A DNA stretch of 63,574 nt, counting the filler, from Choristocarpus tenellus KU-1152 (lineage: Eukaryota; Protista; Phaeophyceae): NCBI GenBank assembly GCA_964200185.2. It is 13 parts of 13 records of this genome, joined end to end, with 100 filler letters (N's around TTAATTAATTAA, not from the genome) between each part and the next. Parts side by side here need not be neighbours in the genome. Positions count along the whole stretch, not along the records: positions 1 to 9,262 come from CAXNAD020003830.1; positions 9,363 to 15,162 come from CAXNAD020009724.1; 11 more parts are not named here. One strand, written 5' to 3'. The notes under the pieces are model-generated. The model worked only from the letters and a program-made list of their open reading frames with translations, did not search any database and was not told where the DNA came from. The stretch's first letter is position 1; each line of letters opens with the position of its first letter. This document shows positions 1-12,400 of this stretch, piece after piece. The translations under genes and the position numbers were made by a program.

Positions 1-289
1 AAAAAAAAAAAGAGTTGTTTGACCGAAACGGACGCCCCCTCACAAACCCCCCCCCCCCCCCCAGATACTTTGAACCTTGGATCAGATGAAAAGTCTATTA
101 ATTGTTGATTATCGATTATTGATTTGATATGCCCAAAGTTGTCACAGACAGGGCATGAGGCTGAAGTTAAACATGTACCGTGCCCTTCAGCCTTGGGATG
201 ACACCCTAGCCCTAACCCTTCAACCTACGCTATAATAATAATAATAATAATAGTCGTATTCAAAACCGACTCTATTCATTGTTGGACAG

Positions 290-393
290 AATGGACCAAT
301 CACGGGGACTGGGGATGGAGTTCTGGTTTTGGTGAGGGATGGGGGCAGGGATGGCCTGGCAGTCAACCACCCAAGACCCGTACAGTTGTAGAG
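290..393 (+). CDS. Probable upstream exon of the inositol polyphosphate 5-phosphatase (Trp/Gly-rich segment)
   Basis: cag| ...WTNHGDWGWSSGFGEGWGQGWPGSQPPKTRTVVE |gtgggc. Ends in phase 0 and reads into ADLVVWMGDLNYR of the next exon. No conserved motif of its own. Confidence 0.45.
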
Positions 394-532
394 GTGGGCA
401 GGGAATGGATCTTCCGGTGGTGTTTGATGGATGATGGTCGGGAGGGGGAGGGGGAGGGGTAAGATAAAAGGCAGAGAGGAATGTGTGGACTAGTGACTAA
501 TATTATTTTGGGTTACCGGTGTTGAATGGTGT

Positions 533-592
533 CTGTCTGTATGTGTGGTTGACTGTCTGTATGTGTGGTTGACTGTCTGTATGTGTGGTTGA
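533..592. repeat. 20-bp tandem repeat x3
   Basis: ctgtctgtatgtgtggttga repeated three times. Confidence 0.9.
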
Positions 593-1683
593 GGTGTTGT
601 TGACACGTATGTGTATGTTGGTTGTTAGGTTTGATAAGAGATTGGAGTATTCTTGTCTTTTCCACTTTGTGCATGATGATGATGTATGTTGAATCTGGTT
701 AGTGGCAGGCGATATTGCATGTTTTGTTATGTTTTTTATTTACTGTGTATTGTTGTTAGAGAGATTGCTTTGAAGGGCTAGGGCTGTCGGTGTGGTACTG
801 CAGTTGTACTTTTTTTATTAGTCCAGCCTGTATGAAATGTCAAGGCTGTATGGGTTAGGTAGGGTTAGGGTTTAAGGGCGATGCTCGCTTGTTATCAAAA
901 GTGCTTCAATCTCCCCCTGGAGTTAATGGAAGGCTCAAAAGGGGATTGTATCGCTAAGTGCAGCAATATGTACTGTCTTTTGAGGTGAAAAGAGGCTGTA
1001 GTTTCCTCTCATAGCAATTTTTATTTTTATGTGAGAGTATGAATGTGTTGTATGCATCCTATTGGACAATTTCAACCAGCACAACAGAAAAAAAAGGTTG
1101 AGTGCACTTGTAACCTTCTCTGTTGATCACCCCCTTTAGGGTTACTTTGTTGGGTGTCATTGCACTCTGGTTTGGTCTAGTTCTTACTGGCTCCAGAGTA
1201 TATCCTGAGAATTCAAAGTTGAAGCTGTTGGTAATCTCAGCTTCTTTTTTTTTAACATGCTACACTTTCCCCCAGGTACAGGCAGTACTTGTCAATTGCA
1301 AAGTGTTTTTGGTACAGTATGAGGTGCAGTATGAGGAAGTTCAAATGGTGCCTTGTGTTATTGGTACTTGATACTTGATAATCTTTATCAATGTTCAGTT
1401 CAGTATATTGCATTCATATAAATGATGACCCTATTAACTTGTCCTATTATTATTGTTATTAATAATAATAATACTCTTTTTGTGTATGCTGTAGTGTATT
1501 GATTGTATTGGACGGGTATGGTGTGTTCTATGCTCGTCTGATGGTTGTTAGTTAGAACTCTACTGTTGGTAACTATAGGGTTAGGGTTAGGGTAACTATA
1601 TCCACTCTGACAGGAGAAACCAAAGCCAAACACACCAAGAAGATTGATGGTACTTTTTTTTACTTTTTTGCCCCCTTGCGCAG

Positions 1684-3442
1684 GCGGATCTTGTAGTGTG
1701 GATGGGAGATCTCAACTACCGAATTGTGGAGGGTGTACCTGATGCAGAAGTGTATAGAATGCTTGAGGTGGATCACCTAGAGGCGTTAAGGTGTATTTCA
1801 CAGGCTCGAGACGTGCAGAGATGATGATGTGGCATAGATGACCATTTTTCTGGCGTTGTGTTGATGTGGCATGGATGATACCCAATGATATCCATTATTT
1901 TTAACCTCTCTCTTGGATGAGTGACTCTTCATCTGGCTATCGAGTATCGTTTCTCTCAAATCCAACTAATATAACCCTAACCCTAACCCTAACCCTAACC
2001 CTAACATAAGTAAAAATTTGTATGACAGTATGGTTTATCTAGGGAGATGATATTTTCTGAGAGTTTTGCACAGGCTATTGCTAGGCGATGTCATAGGTTG
2101 AGTTAGGTGTGGTAGTGCTACTAGCAGTATTTTTTATTATTATTGTATGTAACAGTTCTTGTCGTGTTCTCCTTGAACGAGATTATTGAGCTCTGTGCTC
2201 TTGGAGTATCATTTCCTTTTCCATTGCAAAGTGAAAATTTCAGACAACTATTGTGTAATAATTATTTTTCCAATGTTTAGAGGGGGGGGTTCAATAATGG
2301 ACTTGTATTAAATATACAGCAGAGTGTGTCTCTATCTCTATCTCTCTGTGGTACCGGTTGAGCTCTACATGTTTGGCTATGGTAGGCTATCTGCGCTTGA
2401 TTCTCTGTGAGTGTGATGTCATGTTAAAATACCGATTCTTGTCTCTTGACTGTGTTCTGTTATCATTATTATTGTATGTAGCGGGCAACAAAGTGTTTTA
2501 TCAGTAGGTACTTGCATATGCCTGCAAGTGACATTGATAGTGATAATAATGATGAGGGAGATGGGAAATATTGCAGCACAACTCTGTCTTATTGGTCGAT
2601 ACAGATTACAGGTCCTTTCTATTGGGTGGGGGACAATGCTTTTGGTATTCATCGTATGCCCACCCTTTCCTCTCCGTGCAACTCTTGCCTTGTAGTGTTG
2701 ACTGCTGTAGAAGTAGCCTACCCTAACCCTACATTACACTGGTTTGGTCCGTATTAAAGATGCAATGGAGTTGATCCCTCTCGCTTGCAATGAAGCAAAA
2801 CCAGTCGTGCATGTAAGCGGAGTTGGTCTTCTCACCTCCCCCTGAACACAACCCTCCAGGTGCAACTAACATTGTGTGCCTTACATGTGACCTCTCCCTC
2901 GGTGATTGCATGGTTCTCTTTCCTCTTGTGGCTGTAAGGGAGAAGGATCAGCTCAACTTGCAACGCCTTGAGAGGAAGGCGTTTGACACCTTTCATGAAG
3001 GTCCCCTTGCGTTTCCTCCGACCTACAAGTACATCCCAGGGACCAACAAGCTAGACCAAAGGTGAAGATATTCTTAGTGCTTTTGTGCGCCTTCTGATTC
3101 GTGGGCATGGAGAGAGGTCCACATAGAACACGCTGCCATTAACTGTTGAGAAAAGCAAACCGAGAAGGCATTGTTGTTCTTTGCTCTTCTTTTTTTGTTC
3201 TTTGGGGCAGTCCCTGTTGTCATGCTGTTGCTCTTGGGAGTGCAGGTAGGTTTTTAACATTTCACTGGGGGGGGGGGGGGGGGGGGGGGGGGGGGGCGGG
3301 GGTGTGGTTTTTTCTTTTTTTCCCAATATTCCTTTTTTTTTGCTCCCTTTTTCTTTTTTCTTTTTCTTTTTTNNNNNNNNNNTTGGGTTTGGGGGGTGTG
3401 TTTGTTGGGGGGTGGGGGGTGGGGGGGGGTGTGTTTTGTTTT

Positions 3443-3478
<36 letters not shown>

Positions 3479-5942
3479 GCTGCTGCAGTGTGGTTGATTT
3501 TATCGTTGTATCCAATCATGCCTTTTTGTGGCCTCCCTGTTACGTCTGCCTTTACCTGTTCTAAGAGATACTAAGATACTAATACTATAAATTATTGATA
3601 TCAAAAGTCGTCCTTGAGGTAGTAGAGGGGTAGCCCTGTGGTCTAGCCTCTAGTTGCTGTAATCAAAACTGTGGCATTGCAACAAGTCATTTGATTGGCT
3701 GCTTGGAAGTTGTTCGAGCTCTATAGATACAGCTTACTTCCCCTGATTTCACATGTAGCATGGTTCTCTCTTGTCCCTTTTAGCCTATTGAGGTTGATTG
3801 ATGGCTTTCATCTTATTTTCTAAATCCCTAACCCGAACTGTGACTGTGCAGAGTGCTATACAACCTGGTGTTGGTGAATCTTGGTGACAAAACTTTGCCT
3901 TTTGATGCTGTATGTGTATAAATAGATATATAAGTGTATGTATGGATTTGATCTAAATATGTTTAACTTTACTAAATGATACCGTACCTCATTCAAGCAT
4001 GTGGTGAATTAGCTTTGTCTACTTGATCAGATCCAAGACACAGCTGTATTGACGGCATTGACATGCCAGGACTGTTTTTGGCACCAGAACACCAAAGTTC
4101 TCAACTTGAATCTAAAGGTCGCATTTTCCCCTGGCTGTTGAGGGACCCTACTGAGGATGTGTTGCTTCTAGGCACTCTTGATTGCTTGACCTTTTCCCTT
4201 TACCCCTTACCAGACACACAACTCTATTCTTTTTTTATCTATTCATACCTTGCCATGCTCTAGACAAGGACTTTGACCAACATATTTTTATTTTTTCTCC
4301 TGGCTGAAGAACAATTGCCTGAAGAGTTGTCAATGGGAAGGATATCCGCTTTGTGGCTGGCGACTGCCGCTGTGACTGTCTTTTTCATGTGGAAGTTGCT
4401 GTCTTGCCATCGTTAGCAACCTGTGTTGCATGCACCTCTAGTACGGCTCAGGCGTTGCATGGGGACACGAGCCTATTCGTGCTCTATGGGTCCAAGATGT
4501 TTGACTTTGATGTATGTCATAGATAAGAGTGTTCCCAGATAGTGAGATTAGGAGGCACTAGAAATCTGCCTGCGTGGCAAGAACAGCTGGGATACACTAT
4601 GGGCAAGTTTTTTTGTCAAGTGTGTAAAGTTTGTGGATTTTTGCCTTATACTTGAGCAGGTCATTGCAATGTCCACTATTGAGTGCCCTGTGGCCCTCTG
4701 GAAAACCTCTATTTCTGGTGTGCTTCCTGAGCTGGAGTTCCATCACCCTACTTCTGCATTTTGCAAGGGAAGTTGTAGTGAACACCTTCAGTCTCTTCTG
4801 GCGGGTGGGGTGTCCCATTCTCTCTGCATGAGCAGGAGTTGAGAGGTGCCCTCTCATGCCAGCTTTGTCTTGTGCTATGTCCTCAGTTTCACAGTCTAGG
4901 TCAGGTTCTGTTTCCACCTGATAGTCTTCTCGCCCTTTGTCCTCCCCTTGCCATCCACCTTCTCCTTCATTGTCTTCTTATTTGGGAGGATACACCCTCC
5001 AGATGGGCCAACGCTCATATTCATAATCTGTGTCCTCATCTCTCACACCTTCAGAGTCCACGGGCGAACTCACAGCCTCAGCCTGTATAGTTGACCATAC
5101 AGTAGGTGCTGCTTGTGCTCACTGTGCTCGTATCTGCCATTACAATACGTTTATTCTCATCTCAAGTGCAATTGTGCCAATTGTATCACTGCGATTTTCC
5201 CAATACAATCAATCTGCCGTATTTAACCATAGTAGTAGTAGCAGTTCTATTTTTCATCGTGATGTCTACATGATGACCACTTCACAATCAACTCTTTTGC
5301 CATATTTACAGAAAACTATGATGTGTGCTCACCACTCCCTTCACCTGTGATATGCCTGAAGGCCTGGGAAAAAGGTTCGATGCCCTTCCTGGTGTGATAG
5401 AGTGCTATGGTCTGCTGGTACATATGGTGGGGACTCACTGCGCCGTCTCTCCCTTGACAAGTACAGTAGTACTGGACCTCCGCTGTCTGATCATATGCCT
5501 GGTGAGGGTGTATTTAACCCTGCAAGTTTGCATCGACCAAAAATGTTAGTGTGGATAGTAGTAATGCAGATTGACGTTTTTGTGTATGGTTTCTGACCTC
5601 ATTGTGCCCCGCAGCTGCATCATCCATCTATGCTTGTGCTTCGAAGGCACAACGCAGATGTTCAATTTCGTTTTTCGATGCAGGAGAAGCATCTTTTTCT
5701 TAGAGACGTTATGGTGATGATGTCATTTCTCAGGCCTTTCTCATTATTGCACATACTATTCTGAGATATAAATTGCCCCAAGGTTGTGAGGTTGGGTTCT
5801 ATGCTGCCTGTGAGCAGACAAAAAAGCACTGGACTTGATTTTTGAGTGTGCAGGTTGGCTGATTGTCTCGGTTTTCTGTTTTTCTGGTGGAGTATGTAAT
5901 ATTCAGTTCAGTGAATGGGCATAACAGCCTTCCTCTCTTCTC

Positions 5943-5978
<36 letters not shown>

Positions 5979-6735
5979 TCATCTTATTTCTTATTTTTAC
6001 ATGTTCAATCCCTTCCAAGTCCTGTCCTACCCAGCCCAACAGACAGAAACATCCATGCCCACCCACCCCACCTCGACAGTGAATGCCCTCTTCAGCATGA
6101 CCTTGGAGTGCTCGTCTCTCAGCATTGTGGAGGAGCCTGAAGACCTCCAAGCTGAACCTCTCAGTCCCATGCCCCACAACCCCGCCGTGGAAGTAGAAAG
6201 TGAAGAAGCAGAGGCTACAGCAGCAGCAGCCTTAGCCACCAGTGAGGGTAGACTCTTTGCTGAACTTGAATTGGAACCCCCAGCCTTGGTTATGCCTCAT
6301 ACTACTGTAAGTAGGCTAGGTGGAGGTAGGGAAGAGCGTGCTATGGTTCTTGTACGCAATAGGGGTGGGGCAGAGGGGGAGTTTCGCGTCTGCCAGCACA
6401 GTGGCAATGGCAACGGAAGCAATGGAGGACACCCTGACTGGTTGGTACTGAAGGGTTGTCATCGGGGAGTCCTACAACCTGGACAAATGGCAGTACTAGA
6501 GGTTGTTGTTGATGTGGAGGCTGCATCAAGGGCAGTAGACTCTATTGGGGCTAAGGTCACAGATAAGACTAGAGAAGGGGGAGAAATAAAAAACCATGAA
6601 TTGTCAGGGTTAGGGTTAAGTGGTGGGCGACGGGCATGTGCAGTTCTCCAACTTGCACTGAATGGAGGTGGTGTTGGAGCGTTATTACCTATTGTGTACG
6701 AGTTTGAGCCTGGAGTTTCAGAGGTTGCTAAATGA
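1684..6735 (+). CDS. Type II inositol polyphosphate 5-phosphatase (OCRL/INPP5B-like), 3' part; exons 1684-1790, 2939-3061, 5362-5501, 6080-6735
   Basis: Phase-compatible GT-AG exons give the family motifs in order: WMGDLNYR, DQL, F.EGPLAFPPTYKY, RCPSWCDRVLW, SDHMPVNALF. The last exon has an ASH/Ig-like segment (LVRNRG..GEFRV...PDWL...GVLQPGQ..VLEVVVDV) and ends at TGA 6733-6735. Confidence 0.9.
1972..2005. repeat. Interstitial telomere-type (CCCTAA)5 tract in an intron
   Basis: taaccctaaccctaaccctaaccctaaccctaac read directly. Confidence 0.9.
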
Positions 6736-7779
6736 TAGGTGTGTTGTGTGTTTTTTAGGTTGGTCTATCCATACCGCATCAAAAGCAGAGGAAGAGGCTT
6801 GGACTTCCTTGGCCACAAGTTATAGCAAACGGATCTATTATGTGTGTTGGAAGGAATTGACCTGCTTAGAATTGTTGCTGGAAATATGCCAGGTGTGCTT
6901 GGCCTCCAAGTGGCGGGAAGTATGATCAAATCTTGCGTCTCCCATAGTGGTGTGTAATTGTTTCGCTGAGTTCATGTGTGTGTCTTTCAATTGCTGGCTT
7001 GTGCATGGTGGGGAAGGGCTTGGGCTGGATTGAGTGGCGCACGCTTTTTTCTGATGCTGCTAGTTTGTGTTTCTTCTAGTTGGTTGGAACCCTTGAAATA
7101 CCACTTTACTGACTTCATAGTGTATATTGAATGGTGCTTCTTGGCTAGGGACCTGGAATAGTATTGCAGTGCCCCACTCTGAGCTACACCAGATATGAAG
7201 CAATATGAGGATGGGTTCTAAAAGTGGGTGAAGTGGTGTAAGATATTGAGACACTCTATAGTACAGTTGAGACTACTTCATCGCTGGCAGAACTCCAGAA
7301 TATTGTGAGTGGTATCTACATCAGGACGTCAACCATTTAGAAGAGTTTTGTGCTTTGTTTTCCAATTCGACACCACTGAAGATTAACATCTGACACCTAT
7401 CTATTATTTGAGCTACTCCTTTTGTAATCTCGGTAGACAGTTAACTACGTCGACTCAACATGTTGATGATGAGAACTGAAAATAATGATAGTAGGTAGTA
7501 AATTGTCACTTCGAAAGAACTAGTTCCAACACCACAATAAATATCTTTCTCTTCTTCGCACCAATCAAGGAACGGGATTCTAAGTTATTCTCTAACTGGA
7601 AAATTCTTCTCTGCCCTTCTCTTTGTTATCAATTAAAGATACGTCTTCTTATCATTCTTTTTATACACCCTATACCAGGAGAAGAAAGAAAGACGATGGT
7701 TTCATGTGATCTATGTTTGTGTTGTTCCTACTACGACTGTGGATATTTGTCCACGCTTTAAGCAACAAGGACTGGTCGA

Positions 7780-8060
7780 TGAAAGGTGATGCACTAGGAG
7801 GACAAAAGTCAAAGTCGATGTATCATGTGTCATAGAGTATCATGTTATTGTATAATACGGATAGTATTTTCTAGTAATTGCTGAAAACACTCGTTTTTAC
7901 CTTTGCTTTCTATGATACAGTAATTATGTAATCCAGTTTTGTGAAGGAAGATAGATGGAGCAAAATGGGAATTAACCTTGAAAAAAATTGCCTCAGCGGA
8001 CCTGTCACAAACCCCCCCCACACACGGTTTTATATTCTTGCAGCTTCGCGCATAGCCGTA
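7780..8060 (+). pseudogene. Highly decayed Copia RNase H C-terminal relic
   Basis: Broken frames read TRRTK...EYHVI, INLE.., AD..TNPPHTRF, resembling the Copia ending RTKHIDIRYHF / ADxxTKPL. Several frameshifts. Confidence 0.35.
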
Positions 8061-8378
8061 CGCTATGACCCAAACGATATGTCTCATTTGACTGTCAAGG
8101 CTGAACTGGCTATTATAATTAATTGTAAATAACAAACCTTCATCTTCTCGGTTGACGACTCTAACTACAAGTATAATAGTATGATGAGATGCAAAAGGGA
8201 GAGTGAAATCTGTACCTTTATTATGCTGATGAATCAACTCCATTAAGTTGGTAAGCTAGAAAAACGACAATATTTTATTCTAGCCCTATGAAATTATCCA
8301 AACTCTTGCAAATTGTCTAAACTGCTACAAATATCCTGTGTATTATATCATGTCCCTCTGACATTTCGACGATAGATG

Positions 8379-8700
8379 TGTTAGGGGAGGGGGGGACAAG
8401 ACCAAACCTACATGACAATAAGGACTACTAATAATGTAGAGTCGTCACTGCTACTAAGACACTTCCCTAAATTATATTCTTGATCTTTTGTCGTACATTA
8501 GTCGAGGATAATCCCGACCTGTGATGTTCAGAGGCACTACACCCTCCACTACTTCTCATACTGAGTGCTGACTAATTGCTGCAGTAGGACTAATTGTACT
8601 GGCTCCGTTCCTGACTTGCTTCTCACATGTCGGGTTCAGCACTCGCTCATCACTCCGTCCCTATGCTTGAATCTTCTTATATGTTGACAATGAAGTAACA
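8379..8700. mobile_element. Possible old LTR
   Basis: Bounded by TGTTA...TAACA, about 320 bp, downstream of the RNase H relic. Flanks (agatg/atacg) match only 3/5, so no clean TSD. Confidence 0.3.
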
Positions 8701-9262
8701 ATACGCGGAAATTGGTGGTATTGGTTTGAGAGTGGATGGTGCTTTTCTGGTGTGGGTTCTATTCTTCCTTTTATTTTTATTTTATTTTTATTTTTATTTT
8801 TTTGCTTTCATGGCTGTTGTTCCCATATCTCAAGGAAATGCGTATTGCTTTCTTTGGACTACTTCTTCGACCACAGGTCTGGGCTGATCTTATGTAACTA
8901 TGACAATAATATTAACTATCAAATAATATCCATGAGGAGAAATTAACACATTGGAGAGTGGATATGTAGATTGGGCATATAGTTGGGGTGGTATCAAGGT
9001 GGTGGTGGGCCAAGACAATTGAGAGGTACTCAGGTTTGGTTGGACACTTTCGCATTCTAAGCCACGTTTCTTACCTTATGCAGTACACTCTACTTCATTC
9101 CTGTATATGCAAATTGTTCGTATACGCATAGTTGATGTTCTCCCTTTCCGCACACAAAGCGACACCACTATAAAGCAAAAGCTCTTTCTGCATTTAACAG
9201 CCGATTTCAAAAAATGAGGATGGAACTTTTCATTGAGGATGGGCTTGACCCAAAATTGACTG

Positions 9263-9362
9263 NNNNNNNNNNNNNNNNNNNNNNNNNNNNNNNNNNNNNN
9301 NNNNNNTTAATTAATTAANNNNNNNNNNNNNNNNNNNNNNNNNNNNNNNNNNNNNNNNNNNN
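9263..9362. other. Artificial contig linker (also 15163-15262, 20125-20224, 23312-23411, 30426-30525, 34178-34277, 38358-38457, 40978-41077, 44756-44855, 49056-49155, 51969-52068, 60774-60873)
   Basis: Identical 44N + TTAATTAATTAA (stops in all six frames) + 44N at 12 positions. Confidence 0.98.
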
Positions 9363-9410
9363 CCCGACTGCAGGACCTCACTGCAGCAACAGCTATCACC
9401 CACACCTCAC

Positions 9411-12400
9411 CTTTGGAAACAAAGGTATAATGGACGCACGAGCAACCGGCGATATGGTCCTGGCGGCAACTGACGAGACGGGCACACCGACCACGATTGT
9501 GCTCCAGAATGTTCTCTGGGTAGTGTGCAATATAGGCTGGTAGTCTATAGGTTCTTTCGTGTTTGGTAACCAATAAATATTATGTAACAGAAATGTTGAC
9601 TGAGTGGATCAATCGTCAATCACTTGTTTCTGTATGCTTAATGGGTTCGAATCTCGATGGGTTGGTTTCTCATTGCTGCTTAATGTAAGTGGCTGACATA
9701 AAATGACTGACGCAACTATGACTGACGCAGACCGAGTGACGTAGTGCGATTGACACAGACACGTTCTGACGTGTCTGCTGACGTGCGCAATAGATAACGA
9801 GGCAGAGCACCCCCCACCATCGAGGGATGGTGCTCACTCTGCTATTTAGTTCATTCATACCACATAAAGCAAAAACTCTATTTGAACAGTTCTTTTGCAC
9901 AGGTTATGAGCCTTACAGGTATGGAAGCGGACCCATGTAAGCTGCCACTATGGAGTGGCGCATGTGGGCATACAAGGGAGAAGTGGGCAGAATGGCGGAT
10001 GACGCCGGTGAGCTATGCGGGCGGGAAGGGACTGTACCACATCCTCCAACCAGCATACTACATCCGTGCATCTCCTACGGCTGATGCATCGTTAGGTAAA
10101 CGCAGAGTGTACGAGGAGTACATCAAGCATTGCGAGGCCTTGTGGTTCCTGCTGGGCCAGGCCACGAGGGGAGCCGCAGCGATGGTGGTCAGCACCCACG
10201 AAAATAACGGCAGCCCTGACGAGAGGGCAACCTGGCTCGAGTTGGAGCAGATCTATGGGGGGTGCGCTGCGGTCCAGCGGCCCATGCAGCTCATAGCTTT
10301 CGAGATGAAGCTGCGGGACATGTACTGCACGTCCCTGGAGGATGCTGCCGACTTCGTCATCCATCTCGATCATGTTTGGACAGAGTACGAGCAGCATAGC
10401 TGGAAGTAAAATAGTAAATAGAAAAATGCCTTTCACATTTATGGAAACTGTTACTTTTCAGGGGTTCTGACATTTAAATGGTTTTTCATTGGTTTTTCCC
10501 CTGACGCATCTGCAAAATATCAGAGGGTACAATAATAAAAATAAGGTCAATAATTCTGTTCAATGAACACTCTCCATCCATTCAACTTTGTCCCCCACAC
10601 TGTCTCCATTCAAAATCTCCTATACGTTGGTCCGGGATTTATGTCCATCTCTCCTACTAAGAATTTGCATATTGCAAAGAAAAATTGTATCTTTGTACTT
10701 AATATATGTTTGATGGTATATAATTTGAACCATTTCAAACGAACTCAATCTCGGTAACAGTAGTCTAAATTATGTCTCTATCATACTTTATGCACATTCA
10801 GAATTGAACTCTTCATTCTGTTCCAATTCAAACTCGCAACCCTTCCCCAATTTCTTAACACTAGCACATACAGTTCCAACTTCCAGACTTCAACTACAAT
10901 ATAAGCACAGAACTTTCACATGAATAGAGCGCTGTGACATCAGTATATTATTTCAAACCAGCAAACCAACACACCAATATTTCGCAGCTCACTTTTCTGG
11001 TACATCAAATATGTCAACAGCACATTCTCCCCGAGAAATAATTATACAACCCTATCCAAGGCGTATGTATTGGACGGAAATATTACATCGAGTGATAATG
11101 TCATTACCACTAGAACCAGTATATTGACTATGGTTCTGAACGCATGCCCCCTTATCCAGTTCTCAGTTCCAAAAATATAGAAAAAAACGTAAAATATAAA
11201 AAAATATTTTTTGATAGGACAACCCACACCCACCCACCACCCACACCGCAGTCTTTATGTCAGCCACAACCAAGACAACCTACAGGAAACAACAACACGC
11301 ATATACATACCATGCACAACTCCAGCCGTCCCACATGTGGGATGGCTCCTCCAGAGCACCACCTTCAAGACAAACCCTTCTTTCGAATGTTTATCCCGAA
11401 TCTCCAGGCATCCAGCCCACACAGAAGATCTCCCTCACATGGGGAACTGATTCAACTTTCCAAATATGTGGAAACCTTGCTAATAGCAAATGAAAACAAA
11501 CTTTAATAGTACAGCAAATCTTGTACGGAACCATATTCTCTATTCTCAAATACAAGAGTCCTCTTTGTCACGTTCTTAGTGCTGAAAATATAGTGAAATT
11601 TTCCACCACAATCAACAAAACTACAAACCTTTGCACACCATACAGAAAAGCCATCGTATACTGAAGAATAGGATGACCAAATCGCACATAAACCGTGACC
11701 AAAATCCATCATTTGACAGCGTATCCTGCCCGTTTTGGTGTCCATACAGCAAACAAATCTCAGCGCACATCCTTCTGTGTACCAAAACTCAAATGCAAAT
11801 TAAAAAAACGACTGAATAATCACCGACATGAGGTTTTCATAAAAAATCATCCAAATATGATCTATGAGCACCCTCAATTGGTACCTCATAAAGTTCTTTC
11901 CTGTTACCATACCACTACACTATGGTTTCATCACATCCATCCTGTCCTACAACAAATAGACTCAGTTCACGCATCAAATACACGCTCACGAAATTCCAAA
12001 TGCAAACACTAACATGACAAATCCAAGAGTATGGATTCCACTTTGTTCCTATATCTGCACTCTACAACACTTGATCAAGTACACAAGCGTTCCTTTCTGC
12101 ATCCAATTCAGATTTCTCATCCCCCACACTGCTCATAATCATCAAAAGACAACATTCAGAAACATTTTGGATTGTAACATTAAAAGCCCTCCCTTTCATC
12201 CTCCTGCATTATTTCTTCTCCTTAATATCCCCAAACACTGTTAAAGTCCAACAATCCAAAACATTGTGAAATGTGGCATTTTGGTGCTACTTGATAAGAA
12301 ACTAGCTTGTGTCCGGTTCGGTTTAATCCCATTTCCCTACATCCCCAAGACACTTTCATACCTCTGTGGACCATCTTTGGCTGTTGCAGGAGTGTATCCC

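Noticed and set aside
3051-3574. Poly-Pro/Gly/Lys/Phe ORFs (also 21007-21416 and the start of 38471)
   Set aside because: Translations of homopolymer runs and low-quality sequence in introns, next to N gaps.
5863-6079. N-terminal part of the 290-aa ORF
   Set aside because: Intronic, with an (AT)n run. The conserved DHMPV-NALF join fixes the acceptor at 6079.
9640-9665. GGTTCGAATC B-box-like motif suggesting a tRNA or SINE
   Set aside because: No cloverleaf or A-box found. It lies within the putative LTR.
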